Positions 1-10,830 are shown, counted from the stretch's first letter. The stretch: DNA of 45,704 nucleotides from Octopus bimaculoides (GCF_001194135.2 NC_068987.1:6512167-6557870); one strand, 5' to 3'. Notes: generated from the letters alone by a model not told the origin. Program-made: numbers and translations.

Positions 1-206
1 ATATATATATATATATATATATAATCTGAAATGCTTATTCATGAAATTTTAGTGTTGTCTCTTAGAATTCAACTTTCTTTATAAACTTTCTTTTCCCGCT
101 CCTAATCGATGTTGATTGTATTATCTGACGATGAAGTTGTTTGCATCACTGCCGATATTTCTTCAAGGTTGTTATACGTATTAGTAACAGTACTATTATT
201 TTTAAA

Positions 207-278
207 CATAAGAAAAAACTGACGAAATGCCGCTACACATCTTGTCCGGCGTGCTGACACTTCTGCCAGCTTGACACC

Positions 279-280
<2 letters not shown>
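207..280 (-). mobile_element. SINE family B, 5' head fragment
   Basis: Reverse complement (aaggtgtcaagctggcagaagtgtcagcacgccggacaagatg..gcggcatttcgtc) matches the head of the copy at 2190. Confidence 0.75.
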
Positions 281-312
<32 letters not shown>

Positions 313-313
<1 letters not shown>

Positions 314-546
314 GTAAATTTTCAGATTAACGCCCGCACGATTTTCGCTAGGGTTAGGGTTTTAGAGTCAGGGTTAGGGTTTCAGGGTAAGGGTTTTAGG
401 GTTAAGGTTACGGTTAGGGTTAGGGAATTCCGTCCTTAACCGTAACTCTAACCCTGACCCTAAAACCCAAACCCTAACCCTGACCCTAAACACCTAACCC
501 TAATACCCTAGTGAAAATCATGCGGGTGTTAATCTGAAAATTTACC
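313..546. mobile_element. Fold-back element: TIR + (TTAGGG)n-like array, GGAATTCC centre, (CCCTAA)n-like array + TIR
   Basis: Left end ggtaaattttcagattaacgcccgcacgattttcgctaggg matches the reverse complement of the right end (ggtaaattttcagattaacacccgcatgattttcactaggg) with 3 mismatches. It sits in a (TAA)n tract. Confidence 0.85.
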
Positions 547-795
547 AGTAATATTAATAATAATAATGTGCGCGCGCACACACGCACACATACACATATG
601 AATTGCTTGTTTGTACAATTATTTGATATCCTTTAATTTAGCCCAAGTTTATTGTAATTAGCGAGTTTGTAAATTATGATGAACGCATCCGCTTTTCCTG
701 GCTGATCTGTTCAAACATGCCTCGGTAATCTTACATTTATCTTATATTTAACTAACACTAGCCTTATTCTCACAATTACTCGCGCACGCACATCG

Positions 796-932
796 TGGGC
801 GCAGAATGGCCGAATAATTAAAAAGTCTGCTCCCCTCGATAACGACGACTCTGGTTCGATCCCACCACGTGGCAGTTTTACGTAAGTCTCACGTGGGTAG
901 ACGGAAGTTGTATTGAAGCCATAGAAGCCCGT
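796..932 (+). mobile_element. Diverged tRNA-derived SINE head, family A-like
   Basis: A-box-like tggccgaataa, B-box ggttcgatccc, then gtagacggaag..gaagcccg as in family A. Confidence 0.6.
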
Positions 933-1346
933 TGGGTGATCTCTACTTGTTATATAATTCTAAAGTACAGCTTTGTCAAACTCATTGTACCACGCTTATT
1001 CTGTTTGAGAATTTCTTTAAGAGTACACATGTCCTCGGATCTGAATTCAGGAGCAGATAATTCAGATGATGGAACACTGAATCCTCTTTGTCGGACGACG
1101 GAGAACCATCTGCCCACACTCACAAGCACTCGCACATCTATAATATATGATACGTATGTATGTGTGTGTGTGTGCGTATGCATGTCTGTGCACACATCTG
1201 CCATATACGATGTGCGCGTGTACTTGTGTGAGTATTTGTATGTATGCATGAATGTAAACGTGTTGTTTGTGGCGATCCTTCGGTATTGATCTATAGAGTG
1301 TCGGTAAGAGGAGACAATGACATGCACCCTCTTTTTCAGCCTTGCC

Positions 1347-1987
1347 GGATCTATTTCAAAACGGGATCACCAGTATTTTCTTAACGAAACACTAACGAAA
1401 CACTTTGAAACTTGGGACACTGGTAGAATGTGTCATATAAAACATCTTTTACTCTTAGTCTTCTTAACAAAAAAACGTACATCGCAAGTTATTCCATGTT
1501 AAAGTTGTCGTATTTCTGTAATTTCAACCAATCACTGACGTCTATTCAGCTGAATAGAGGAGTTACTGCTGGGCGGTCATAAAAATGTTATTCCCTGTGA
1601 CATATTTCATCCGGTTTAATCGTAATTTATACGCATATATTGTTTATATAATAAATTACGCTGTGCGTATCTATGTGTGTAACAATTTTAGAGTTCGGAT
1701 TCTAGAGTTAGGGTTAGGGTTAACAGTCTAGTTAGGGTTAGGGTTAGGGGATTAATACGACATACACCGTTACAGCGCTAACTGTTTTCAACTAAATAGA
1801 CGTCAGTGATTAGTAGAAATTATCGAAATAAGACAATTTTTTTACATGAAATAAATTCGAATACAAAATTTTTTTTCTGTTCTATAACACAAAATAGATA
1901 AGTATACGAAGTTTGAAAGTCTTTCGGTACCAAAAACACTACATAAAACATAAATGAAAACTGGTGCCCCCGTTTTGAAATAGATCC
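1347..1987. mobile_element. Non-autonomous DNA transposon with 28-bp TIRs, an 8-bp TSD and internal TTAGGG repeats (Merlin-like by inference)
   Basis: TIR ggatctatttcaaaacggg(at/gg)caccagt. TSD GCCTTGCC at 1339-1346 and 1988-1995. Internal inverted repeat aatcactgacgtctatt at 1530-1546 and 1795-1811. TTAGGG units at about 1708-1748. Confidence 0.85.
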
Positions 1988-2189
1988 GCCTTGCCTCTTT
2001 GTCTCTGTCGTTGAGGGAAGGTTGTGTTTGTGAATGGCGTCATCTATCAATACCGAAAGATTGCCTTATTTGTATGTATGTGTGCATGCATGTATGTCTG
2101 CACGTATGTAAGCACACACACACACACATGATGATTGTCACTACTTTATAGAGGAAGGCCATCTCTTCAATTAATAAATAGTCATGAAA

Positions 2190-2428
2190 GGCGGCGAGGA
2201 GCTGGTAGAAACGTTAGCCCGTCGGGCAAAATGCTTGGCGGTATTTCGTCTCTCATTACGTTCTGAGTTCAAATTCCGCCGAGGTCGACTTTGCCTTTCA
2301 TCCTTTCGGGGTCAATAAATCAAGTACCAGTTACGCTCTGGGTCGATATAATCGACTTAATCCGTTTGTCTGTCTTTGTTTGTCCCCTCTGTGTTTAGCC
2401 CCTTGTAGGCAATAAAGAAATAAGAAAT
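2190..2428 (+). mobile_element. SINE family B, long-tail variant
   Basis: tRNA-like head (gagctggtagaaacgttagc..gagttcaaattcc), core gtcgactttgcctttcatcctttcggggtcaataaa, A-rich end. CpGs are intact. Confidence 0.85.
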
Positions 2429-2615
2429 GTCAGCACTCCGGGCGAAATGCTGAGCGGTATTTCGTCTGTGTTTACGTTCTGAGTTCAAATTCTGCCGAGG
2501 TAGACTTTGCCTTTCATCCTTTCGATAAATTAAGTACCAGTTGCGTACTGGAGTCGATCTAATCGACTGGCCCTCTCTCCCAAAATTTCGGGCCTTGTGC
2601 CTAGAGTAGAAAATA
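2429..2615 (+). mobile_element. SINE family B, short-tail variant, in tandem with the previous copy
   Basis: Same head and core, ending in cccaaaatttcgggccttgtgcctagagtagaaa. Confidence 0.85.
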
Positions 2616-2765
2616 ATAAATATTGTCATGAGATCTTATATGACTAGCAAGTCCTTCTCTTGACAAACAAACTCTATTGTAGATCTTACAAATATTTTTA
2701 AGCAGATAAGTGTCTGGGGTTGTAGTTAAGTCCCGTCTACGAAATGCTCGTTTCAAGATAGATTG

Positions 2766-2984
2766 GGTAAATTTTCAGATTAACACCCGCACGATTTTCA
2801 CTAGGGTGTTAGGGTTAGGGTTAGTGTTAGGGTTAGGATTAGGGTTTTAGGGTCAGGGTGAGAGTTAAGGTTAGGGTTTTAGGGTCAGGGTTTAGGTTTA
2901 GGGTTAGTGTTTTAGTGTCAGGGTTAGGGTTTATGTTTAGGGTTAGGGTTAGGTAATCGTGCGGGTTTTAATATCGTGCGGGTT
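2766..2984 (+). mobile_element. Second copy of the TTAGGG-array element, non-palindromic form
   Basis: Same left TIR as 313. About 150 bp of degenerate TTAGGG follows, then a short inverted TIR piece aatcgtgcgggttttaat (2955-2972), partly repeated at 2973-2984. Confidence 0.8.
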
Positions 2985-4157
2985 GCCGCATTCTATACTT
3001 AGTGCGTCTTCCCACCCGACTTAGTTTTTTCATAACTTTCAGAAAAATTGATATTTTTTCCATGAAATATCTACGAATAAACTTCAGATTCCGATTCTAA
3101 CAAAATCTGTTTTGATTTTTTTTTTTACGAGAGTAAGGGACATGACCTTCGGAAAATTCACACGAATCTGCGTTGTTTCTTCAACCTTCAGAAAAAAATA
3201 AGCCGTTTCTAATTGAAATTTTTCTTATCAGTACTTATCAGCTGGTGTTGAATTACGATTGTATCGGAATATAATATGGGTGGTGTTGGGGTGCGAATTA
3301 GGGACTCGTACGCATANNNNNNNNNNNNNNNNNNNNNNNNNNNNNNNNNNNNNNNNNNNNNNNNNNNNNNNNNNNNNNNNNNNNNNNNNNNNNNNNNNNN
3401 NNNNNNNNNNNNNNNNNNNNNNNNNNNNNNNNNNNNNNNNNNNNNNNNNNNNNNNNNNNNNNNNNNNNNNNNNNNNNNNNNNNNNNNNNNNNNNNNNNNN
3501 NNNNNNNNNNNNNNNNNNNNNNNNNNNNNNNNNNNNNNNNNNNNNNNNNNNNNNNNNNNNNNNNNNNNNNNNNNNNNNNNNNNNNNNNNNNNNNNNNNNN
3601 NNNNNNNNNNNNNNNNNNNNNNNNNNNNNNNNNNNNNNNNNNNNNNNNNNNNNNNNNNNNNNNNNNNNNNNNNNNNNNNNNNNNNNNNNNNNNNNNNNNN
3701 NNNNNNNNNNNNNNNNNNNNNNNNNNNNNNNNNNNNNNNNNNNNNNNNNNNNNNNNNNNNNNNNNNNNNNNNNNNNNNNNNNNNNNNNNNNNNNNNNNNN
3801 NNNNNNNNNNNNNNNNNNNNNNNNNNNNNNNNNNNNNNNNNNNNNNNNNNNNNNNNNNNNNNNNNNNNNNNNNNNNNNNNNNNNNNNNNNNNNNNNNNNN
3901 NNNNNNNNNNNNNNNNNNNNNNNNNNNNNNNNNNNNNNNNNNNNNNNNNNNNNNNNNNNNNNNNNNNNNNNNNNNNNNNNNNNNNNNNNNNNNNNNNNNN
4001 NNNNNNNNNNNNNNNNNNNNNNNNNNNNNNNNNNNNNNNNNNNNNNNNNNNNNNNNNNNNNNNNNNNNNNNNNNNNNNNNNNNNNNNNNNNNNNNNNNNN
4101 NNNNNNNNNNNNNNNNNNNNNNNNNNNNNNNNNNNNNNNNNNNNNNNNNNNNNNNNN

Positions 4158-4199
<42 letters not shown>

Positions 4200-4603
4200 T
4201 CATCATCATCATCAGCCCTTGTGGCCAATAAAACGAATTAATTATTATTATTATTATTGTTATTATTATTGTGTGTGTGTGTGTATTTTAGAAATAGGCG
4301 TATCTGGTTAGACAAGGTTTTCTCTTAAATGTGGGGAAGAAAATAAAGACAAGAAAAAAAAAATGTACTCGGCGATGTAAACATTCGGTCGAGTTTGTGT
4401 GTGTGCGTGTGTTTAACGTATTAAAAAAAAAACAACAGCAAAAGTCTTGGTTTATTCTATTTTCTTTCTTTCCAGTTTCATTCATTGCAGCGCAGTCGAA
4501 GGGTTCTTATCGATCTCAGTACTTATTTTATTGAATATATTTGCCGAATCGCTATGTCTACGAGTCACATGTACATTAAACAACGTAAATACATACACGC
4601 GCG

Positions 4604-4644
<41 letters not shown>

Positions 4645-4650
4645 ACACTA

Positions 4651-4740
4651 TCCGTTATTTTGTTTTAGTCATTAGACTGCTGCCATTTTGGGGCAACGCC
4701 GTGAGGGCTTTTAGTCGAATAAATCTGGTATTTATTCTAT
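4651..4740 (-). mobile_element. SINE family A, 3' end, cut by a gap
   Basis: ttttagtcattagactgctgccattttggggc..ttttagtcgaataaa matches the reverse complement of the family A tail. Confidence 0.6.
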
Positions 4741-5770
4741 NNNNNNNNNNNNNNNNNNNNNNNNNNNNNNNNNNNNNNNNNNNNNNNNNNNNNNNNNNNN
4801 NNNNNNNNNNNNNNNNNNNNNNNNNNNNNNNNNNNNNNNNNNNNNNNNNNNNNNNNNNNNNNNNNNNNNNNNNNNNNNNNNNNNNNNNNNNNNNNNNNNN
4901 NNNNNNNNNNNNNNNNNNNNNNNNNNNNNNNNNNNNNNNNNNNNNNNNNNNNNNNNNNNNNNNNNNNNNNNNNNNNNNNNNNNNNNNNNNNNNNNNNNNN
5001 NNNNNNNNNNNNNNNNNNNNNNNNNNNNNNNNNNNNNNNNNNNNNNNNNNNNNNNNNNNNNNNNNNNNNNNNNNNNNNNNNNNNNNNNNNNNNNNNNNNN
5101 NNNNNNNNNNNNNNNNNNNNNNNNNNNNNNNNNNNNNNNNNNNNNNNNNNNNNNNNNNNNNNNNNNNNNNNNNNNNNNNNNNNNNNNNNNNNNNNNNNNN
5201 NNNNNNNNNNNNNNNNNNNNNNNNNNNNNNNNNNNNNNNNNNNNNNNNNNNNNNNNNNNNNNNNNNNNNNNNNNNNNNNNNNNNNNNNNNNNNNNNNNNN
5301 NNNNNNNNNNNNNNNNNNNNNNNNNNNNNNNNNNNNNNNNNNNNNNNNNNNNNNNNNNNNNNNNNNNNNNNNNNNNNNNNNNNNNNNNNNNNNNNNNNNN
5401 NNNNNNNNNNNNNNNNNNNNNNNNNNNNNNNNNNNNNNNNNNNNNNNNNNNNNNNNNNNNNNNNNNNNNNNNNNNNNNNNNNNNNNNNNNNNNNNNNNNN
5501 NNNNNNNNNNNNNNNNNNNNNNNNNNNNNNNNNNNNNNNNNNNNNNNNNNNNNNNNNNNNNNNNNNNNNNNNNNNNNNNNNNNNNNNNNNNNNNNNNNNN
5601 NNNNNNNNNNNNNNNNNNNNNNNNNNNNNNNNNNNNNNNNNNNNNNNNNNNNNNNNNNNNNNNNNNNNNNNNNNNNNNNNNNNNNNNNNAAGATCAATAT
5701 TTGAAATATCGATTTTATCAAGTGGCCAGCATGGGAAAAAAACCCATCAAAGGTAATAATTATTTGAAAT

Positions 5771-5827
5771 TATAATTTATGGTATCTAAGAGACACCACC
5801 ACGCGGTGTCTCTTAGATACCCTAAAT

Positions 5828-5831
<4 letters not shown>
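5771..5831. repeat. 61-bp hairpin with 27-bp arms (1 mismatch) and a 7-nt loop
   Basis: tataatttatggtatctaagagacacc / accacgc / ggtgtctcttagataccctaaattata. Confidence 0.9.
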
Positions 5832-5858
<27 letters not shown>

Positions 5859-5860
5859 AT

Positions 5861-6006
5861 ACGACAGGCTTCATTCAGTTTCTGTCTACCAAATCCACTC
5901 ATAAGGCTTTGGTCGGCACTTGCCCTAGGTGCCACGGAGAGGTACTGAACCCGGCACCTTGTGGTTGGGAAGCAGACTTCTTTCCACAAAGCCACGCCTG
6001 CGTCTA
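5861..6006 (-). mobile_element. SINE family A, 5' half
   Basis: cagtttctgtctaccaaatccactcataaggctttggtcgg..cttgccctaggtgccacg..actgaacccgg matches the reverse complement of 9952-10110. Confidence 0.85.
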
Positions 6007-6240
6007 TGTTAAGAAACGTGTCTTATTTTGTGTGAGCGAGATTGAGAATGGATCGGTATGTATGTGGGTGTAAGATAGACGAGTGATGAGCATGCATTAT
6101 TTAGAGAATAACGAAAGCGTTGAGTGAATATGTGCGCGTGGAATAGTAATTGCATGTGTGTATGTGTGTGTGTGTGTGTGAGAGAAATAACAGAGATTAA
6201 GAAATAATAATAATTTCGGTTAATGTAAACATCAATCATA

Positions 6241-6664
6241 ATTTCTTTTAGTAGCCACGAGGGGCACACCACAAGGACAGACAACAATGTGTAGGGATTT
6301 GCATAAAGGACGGGGAGAAAGAAATGGAAAAAAAAAACTGAAATGTGATAAAAATACGCATATTTAATAACATGGATGATGCAATCCTCCTGGTACAGGA
6401 GAAACATCAACTAGGTCCAATCATGGAACCTCCACAGATCCAGGATTAACCTGCTCATCACAGGTACGAGCTCTAGGGCCATAATACTTTCTGTTATAAG
6501 CACACTGCTTGAAATTTTGGGGGTGGGCTTCGATTGGTACTTAATTTATCGACCCCGAAGCAAAGTTGATTTCGGCGGAATTTGAGCGTAGAAGGTAAGG
6601 GCGAGCGAAATACCGCGAAACATTTTGTCCGGTGCGGTTAATGACTCTATCATTTCGCCATCTT
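6241..6664 (-). mobile_element. SINE family B fragments
   Basis: tacttaatttatcgaccccgaag..gatttcggcggaatttgag..gaaataccgcgaaacattttgtccgg, plus a tail piece at 6241-6300. Confidence 0.7.
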
Positions 6665-7167
6665 GAGAATAATTATATTAAAAGAAAAACACACAAACAA
6701 AAAAGAAATCAACGAAAAAATCTAGAGCGATTAAAATCGAAGACGAGAAAAAAAAAAGAGAACACGATGGGAATGACGAAGCAGTTAATGGCGCACACCC
6801 GTACACCCGTACACACTTCGCCACGCACTCTTTAGACGGGTGAGGCTAGTTCATGAAATGAATGAGTTTCTTTGCTCCTCGGTCGTCTGCAGCGTCGTTC
6901 TCGTTTATACGTTTCGGTTTTCACTTCAGACAGTTCACGTATAGTTTGTCAAACGTGACGGAACAGACTGAGAAAATAAGGGGGACATAGTTTATATATG
7001 TATATATATATAACTTAAGAATAAGCACAGCTGGTGTTTAGGGTTGAGGGTTAGGGTTAGAATTAGGGTTCGTGTTACGCTGAAAACGGGTGGTGTGTGT
7101 ATTCTTTACCTCCGCTTGTATATAATTAAGGTGGGTGACTAGACGCAATTTAAAGCCAAAAAGGAAA

Positions 7168-7334
7168 TAATTCACCGTCATTAAAATGCGACGAAGTGTG
7201 GAGGAGCACCAGAATTGCTAGAAATAAGAGTCAAAGAACTGTAGCTTCTGTGGTTAAAAAGTTCTTTGACTCTTTTTTTCGAGTAATGTTAGTGCTTCCT
7301 GCACCTTTCGTCGCATTTTAGTGACGGTGAATTA
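7168..7334. repeat. ~167-bp imperfect palindrome, MITE-like
   Basis: Outer arms aattcaccgtcattaaaatgcgacgaag / tttcgtcgcattttagtgacggtgaatt; inner arms aagagtcaaagaact / agttctttgactctt; 19-nt loop. Confidence 0.9.
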
Positions 7335-7747
7335 TATATAAATATATATATATTAGGTACAGATCAGACAAGCGATGGTTGGTGGAACTTCGAACTCACT
7401 CTGATGACAATGAGTGAATTTGCGAGGGAGGGGAGAAGCATGTTGTTAGATCTGAATGAATAGAGAAGGGGTGGGGAAAGAGTGAAGTACTGAGGATCAA
7501 TACGATCCCTCATACCCTACCCTGGCCCAAATGTATGATCTTTATTATCAATAACGTTAGTATTATTAATATTACGATAGAATAATAGTTAACCGCAGCC
7601 CGCTGGAGCAGGCTTAAGGTAACTGGCGTAAAGCCAATTCTGTAATCGATAGCAGATCAGGTTCTCCAGCAAAGTTCATTTCTAGTCGGGTTTTTCCATG
7701 TGGGGCACGTTGCCCTGCAACATTCTGTACCCCATTTTTGTTTTTAG

Positions 7748-7789
7748 CTGTGGTGGGTGGGAGTTCATAGGAGTGGCTGCTATATTTAA
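7748..7789 (+). CDS. Candidate 42-nt exon (phase 2-2, CGGWEFIGVAAIF); could be non-coding
   Basis: Strong acceptor cccatttttgtttttag and donor AA|gtaagg. Only one frame is free of stops. Confidence 0.25.
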   Translation: MWWVGVHRSGCYI

Positions 7790-8349
7790 GTAAGGCAAGC
7801 ACTTGAAGCTCGCTCCTTGTTTGCCTGTGACGCTAACAGTGCCGGCAGCGTTAGCTGTGTTAAAGTAGGGGGGAAGGACAAGGAAGAGTTTCTTAGTATA
7901 GACGGTGATGGTAGGGGTGGTNNNNNNNNNNNNNNNNNNNNNNNNNNNNNNNNNNNNNNNNNNNNNNNNNNNNNNNNNNNNNNNNNNNNNNNNNNNNNNN
8001 NNNNNNNNNNNNNNNNNNNNNNNNNNNNNNNNNNNNNNNNNNNNNNNNNNNNNNNNNNNNNNNNNNNNNNNNNNNNNNNNNNNNNNNNNNNNNNNNNNNN
8101 NNNNNNNNNNNNNNNNNNNNNNNNNNNNNNNNNNNNNNNNNNNNNNNNNNNNNNNNNNNNNNNNNNNNNNNNNNNNNNNNNNNNNNNNNNNNNNNNNNNN
8201 NNNNNNNNNNNNNNNNNNNNNNNNNNNNNNNNNNNNNNNNNNNNNNNNNNNNNNNNNNNNNNNNNNNNNNNNNCACGTAAATATTTGGGTGTATATATTA
8301 TGATATACATACACGCACTCACACACATTAATATACACATACACAGATA

Positions 8350-8435
<86 letters not shown>

Positions 8436-8701
8436 TGGGGTGAAGAAAGAACGAGGGGTTGTGGTGGGTAGGAAGGGCTGAGGAAGTTGGCGTGGGTGTA
8501 TTGAGGAAAAGAAGGGTTTGAAATAAATGAGGACTGTAATGAAAGCGACCGAGTGTTTCTGTTGCTGTGTGTGTGTGTGTGTGTTTATGTACACACCCTT
8601 CTGTGTCTAGAAAATGTGAGAACATGAATGGAATGTGCCATGTTTGAGTGGCAATGGAGTGAGTGAATGGATTAGTGTGTCTCTATGTGCTGGCTCCAAC
8701 A

Positions 8702-8732
<31 letters not shown>

Positions 8733-9034
8733 AGAGAGTGAGAGAGGTGGGGGAGAGAGTGAGGGATAAAGACAGAGAAAGAATGTGAGAGGGCAAGAGA
8801 ATTCCTCTGTTTCTGTTTCAGAAAGATTGGCAAAAGTGAGAAAGAAATGTGATTGAGAAATGGTAAATTTCTCTGGCATTTGGTGAGAATCTCTCATATA
8901 TGGGTCATACAGTATATGGTTGTTGTCGTTGTTGCTTGGCCTGGGGGTCAGCTCTGACAGAAGGAGTCTTTTATCAAAGGCATAAAGACATTCCACTCTT
9001 CAATGTCTTTTTTTTTTGTCTTCTTTTATTTCCT

Positions 9035-9366
9035 TCTTTTATTTGTTTCAGTCCCTGGCCTGCGGCCATGCTGGGGTTACGGAAGCAAAGAGTTTTAGTC
9101 AAAGAAATGGACTGTAGTACCTATTCTGTCAGTGTCTATTTGCCAAATTGCTAAGTTACACGGAGATATAAACAAAACAACACCAGTTGTCAACCAATGT
9201 TAGAAAAACACGTACGCGCGCGCACACACACACATGCACAAAAATATGTATACAATGGGCTTCAACACAGTTTCCGTCTACCAAATTCACTCAAAGCATT
9301 GGTCAAGCAGTGTTATAGTACAGGACACTTGCCCAAAGTGCTGTATGGTGGGATTGAACCAGAAAC
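9035..9366 (-). mobile_element. SINE family A, diverged
   Basis: ttgtttcagtc..gcggccatgctgg; gttgtcaaccaatg; cagtttccgtctaccaaattcactc..gacacttgcccaaag. Confidence 0.8.
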
Positions 9367-9951
9367 TTGATGTTTCATTTTATTGTTTCAATGTTTTTGT
9401 TCTGGCTTTGTACACCCCTGACTACATCATTCAAATGTGTCCTTTATTCCTCTGGCATGGTGGAGGGTGATTTGATAGAGTCTTGGTTGCTATTTCCAGC
9501 AGGTCAAACACCCACACAAACAGTTCCCTTGTTGCTTGTCATTTTGTCTCTAATTCCACCCCGACCCCCGACCCCGTTTGCTTGTCTATTGGTTATCACT
9601 GGGCAGTGGGAGGAGGAAAGAGAAGAAAAAGATGATGGGGAGGTTTTAGAAACTTCAAGAGATATGGAATAATTCGTTTTTAAACATGGAACTCAAAAGA
9701 AGATAAGGGTTTTTTTTTTTTCAGCCTAATATTTATATGCTATTATTTTAAACTTTATCTACTTCCAGTTCCGCAGCTGAAAACAAATAATCTAATTCAT
9801 AAATAAATGAATTCCAACTCTGAAAGTTTTACTTCTGCAATTTTAATTGTACTTCTGTATTTTTAGCTCCAAGATAATTTGTCAGTCTCTTAGCATTAAC
9901 AGGATGGGTTATTTTCTGATGCCAATTTAGCATGTAGTCTACTACACTATA

Positions 9952-10360
9952 GGCGTAGGAGTGGCTGTGTGGTAAGTAGCTTGCTTACCAACCACATGGT
10001 TCCGGGTTCAGTCCCATTGTGCAGCACCTTGGGCAAGTGTCTTCTACTATAGCCTTGGGTCGACCAAAGCCTTGTGAGTGGATTTGGTCGATGGAAACTG
10101 AAAGAAGCCTGTTGTATATATGTATATGTATGTGTGTGTATATGTTTGTGTGTCTGTGTTTGTCCCCCCCAACATCGCTTGACAACCGATGCTGGTGTGT
10201 CTATGTCCCTGTAACTTAGCAGTTTGGCAAAAGTGACCGATAGAATATGTACTAGGCTTCCAAAGAATAAGTCCTGGGGTCGATTTACTTGACTAAAGGC
10301 AGTGCTCCAGCATGGCCACAGTCAAATGACTGAAACAAGTAAAAAGAGAGTAAAAGAGTA
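9952..10360 (+). mobile_element. SINE family A, full-length reference copy
   Basis: tRNA-like head (gtggctgtgtggtaag..gggttcagtccc), CORE-like ccttgggcaagtgtcttctactatag, internal (TA)/(TG) microsatellite, second half, (AAAAGAGT)n tail. Resembles octopus OR-type CORE-SINEs from memory. Confidence 0.9.
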
Positions 10361-10645
10361 CAGTATCCATAACCTCTACTGTGAAATGACTTGATCTGGT
10401 TTAAGAATAAGATTTAAGCCAGGGTTAGGTTTAGGGTTAGACTGCATGTGTAACTGGTCAAGTTAAAGTAGCCTGCTATTATGAATCACCAACAGAGAAG
10501 TGTCCTTAGTTAAATATTTATAGCAAGATTAAAATCATATTTGTACTGTTTTGAATATTGTAGCAGTGTGGTTAAGGACCCAGTTTTTCGTAACAGATGT
10601 GCAGAAAGGTGCTTATCTTTCATTCTTGTACCTAAACTTAAAAGG

Positions 10646-10830
10646 CAGTGGAGCTTGGCAGAATTAGCATGCCAGGTAAAATACTTAGCATTATTTCATT
10701 TGTTTTCACAGTCTGAGTGTCAAATTCTTCTTGGGGTTGATAAATTAAGTACCAGTTGAGCATTGGGGTTGATGTAAGGGACTAACCCTTTCTCCTGAAG
10801 TTTCAGGCTGTGCACCTATTGTAGAGAGGA
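10646..10830 (+). mobile_element. SINE family B, CpG-decayed
   Basis: gagcttggcagaattagcatgccagg..gataaattaagtaccagttgagcattgggg..ctgaagtttcaggctgtgcacctattgtagagagg. Confidence 0.7.

Larger units (their letters stand above)
6700..7900. promoter_or_regulatory. Putative CpG-rich promoter region, possibly bidirectional
   Basis: Unique sequence here is CpG-dense and CpG drops to the right of about 8.5 kb. An Inr-like TCAGTC lies on the - strand near 6965-6970. + strand splice signals lie at 7618/7619 and 7747-7790. Inference only. Confidence 0.3.

Noticed and set aside
104-192. Possible - strand last exon TVTNTYNNLEEISAVMQTTSSSDNTINID*
   Set aside because: The pyrimidine tract of its acceptor belongs to the adjacent SINE head, and no upstream exon in matching phase is supported.
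950-1110. Protein-like frames on both strands (for example SELSAPEFRSEDMCTLKEILKQNKR)
   Set aside because: Splice sites are poor, it sits between two halves of a decayed SINE, and no frame can be preferred.
313-10441. TTAGGG tracts as a true telomere or a telomerase RNA template
   Set aside because: The tracts are short, degenerate and internal, and mostly bounded by TIRs. I found no pseudoknot or H/ACA features.
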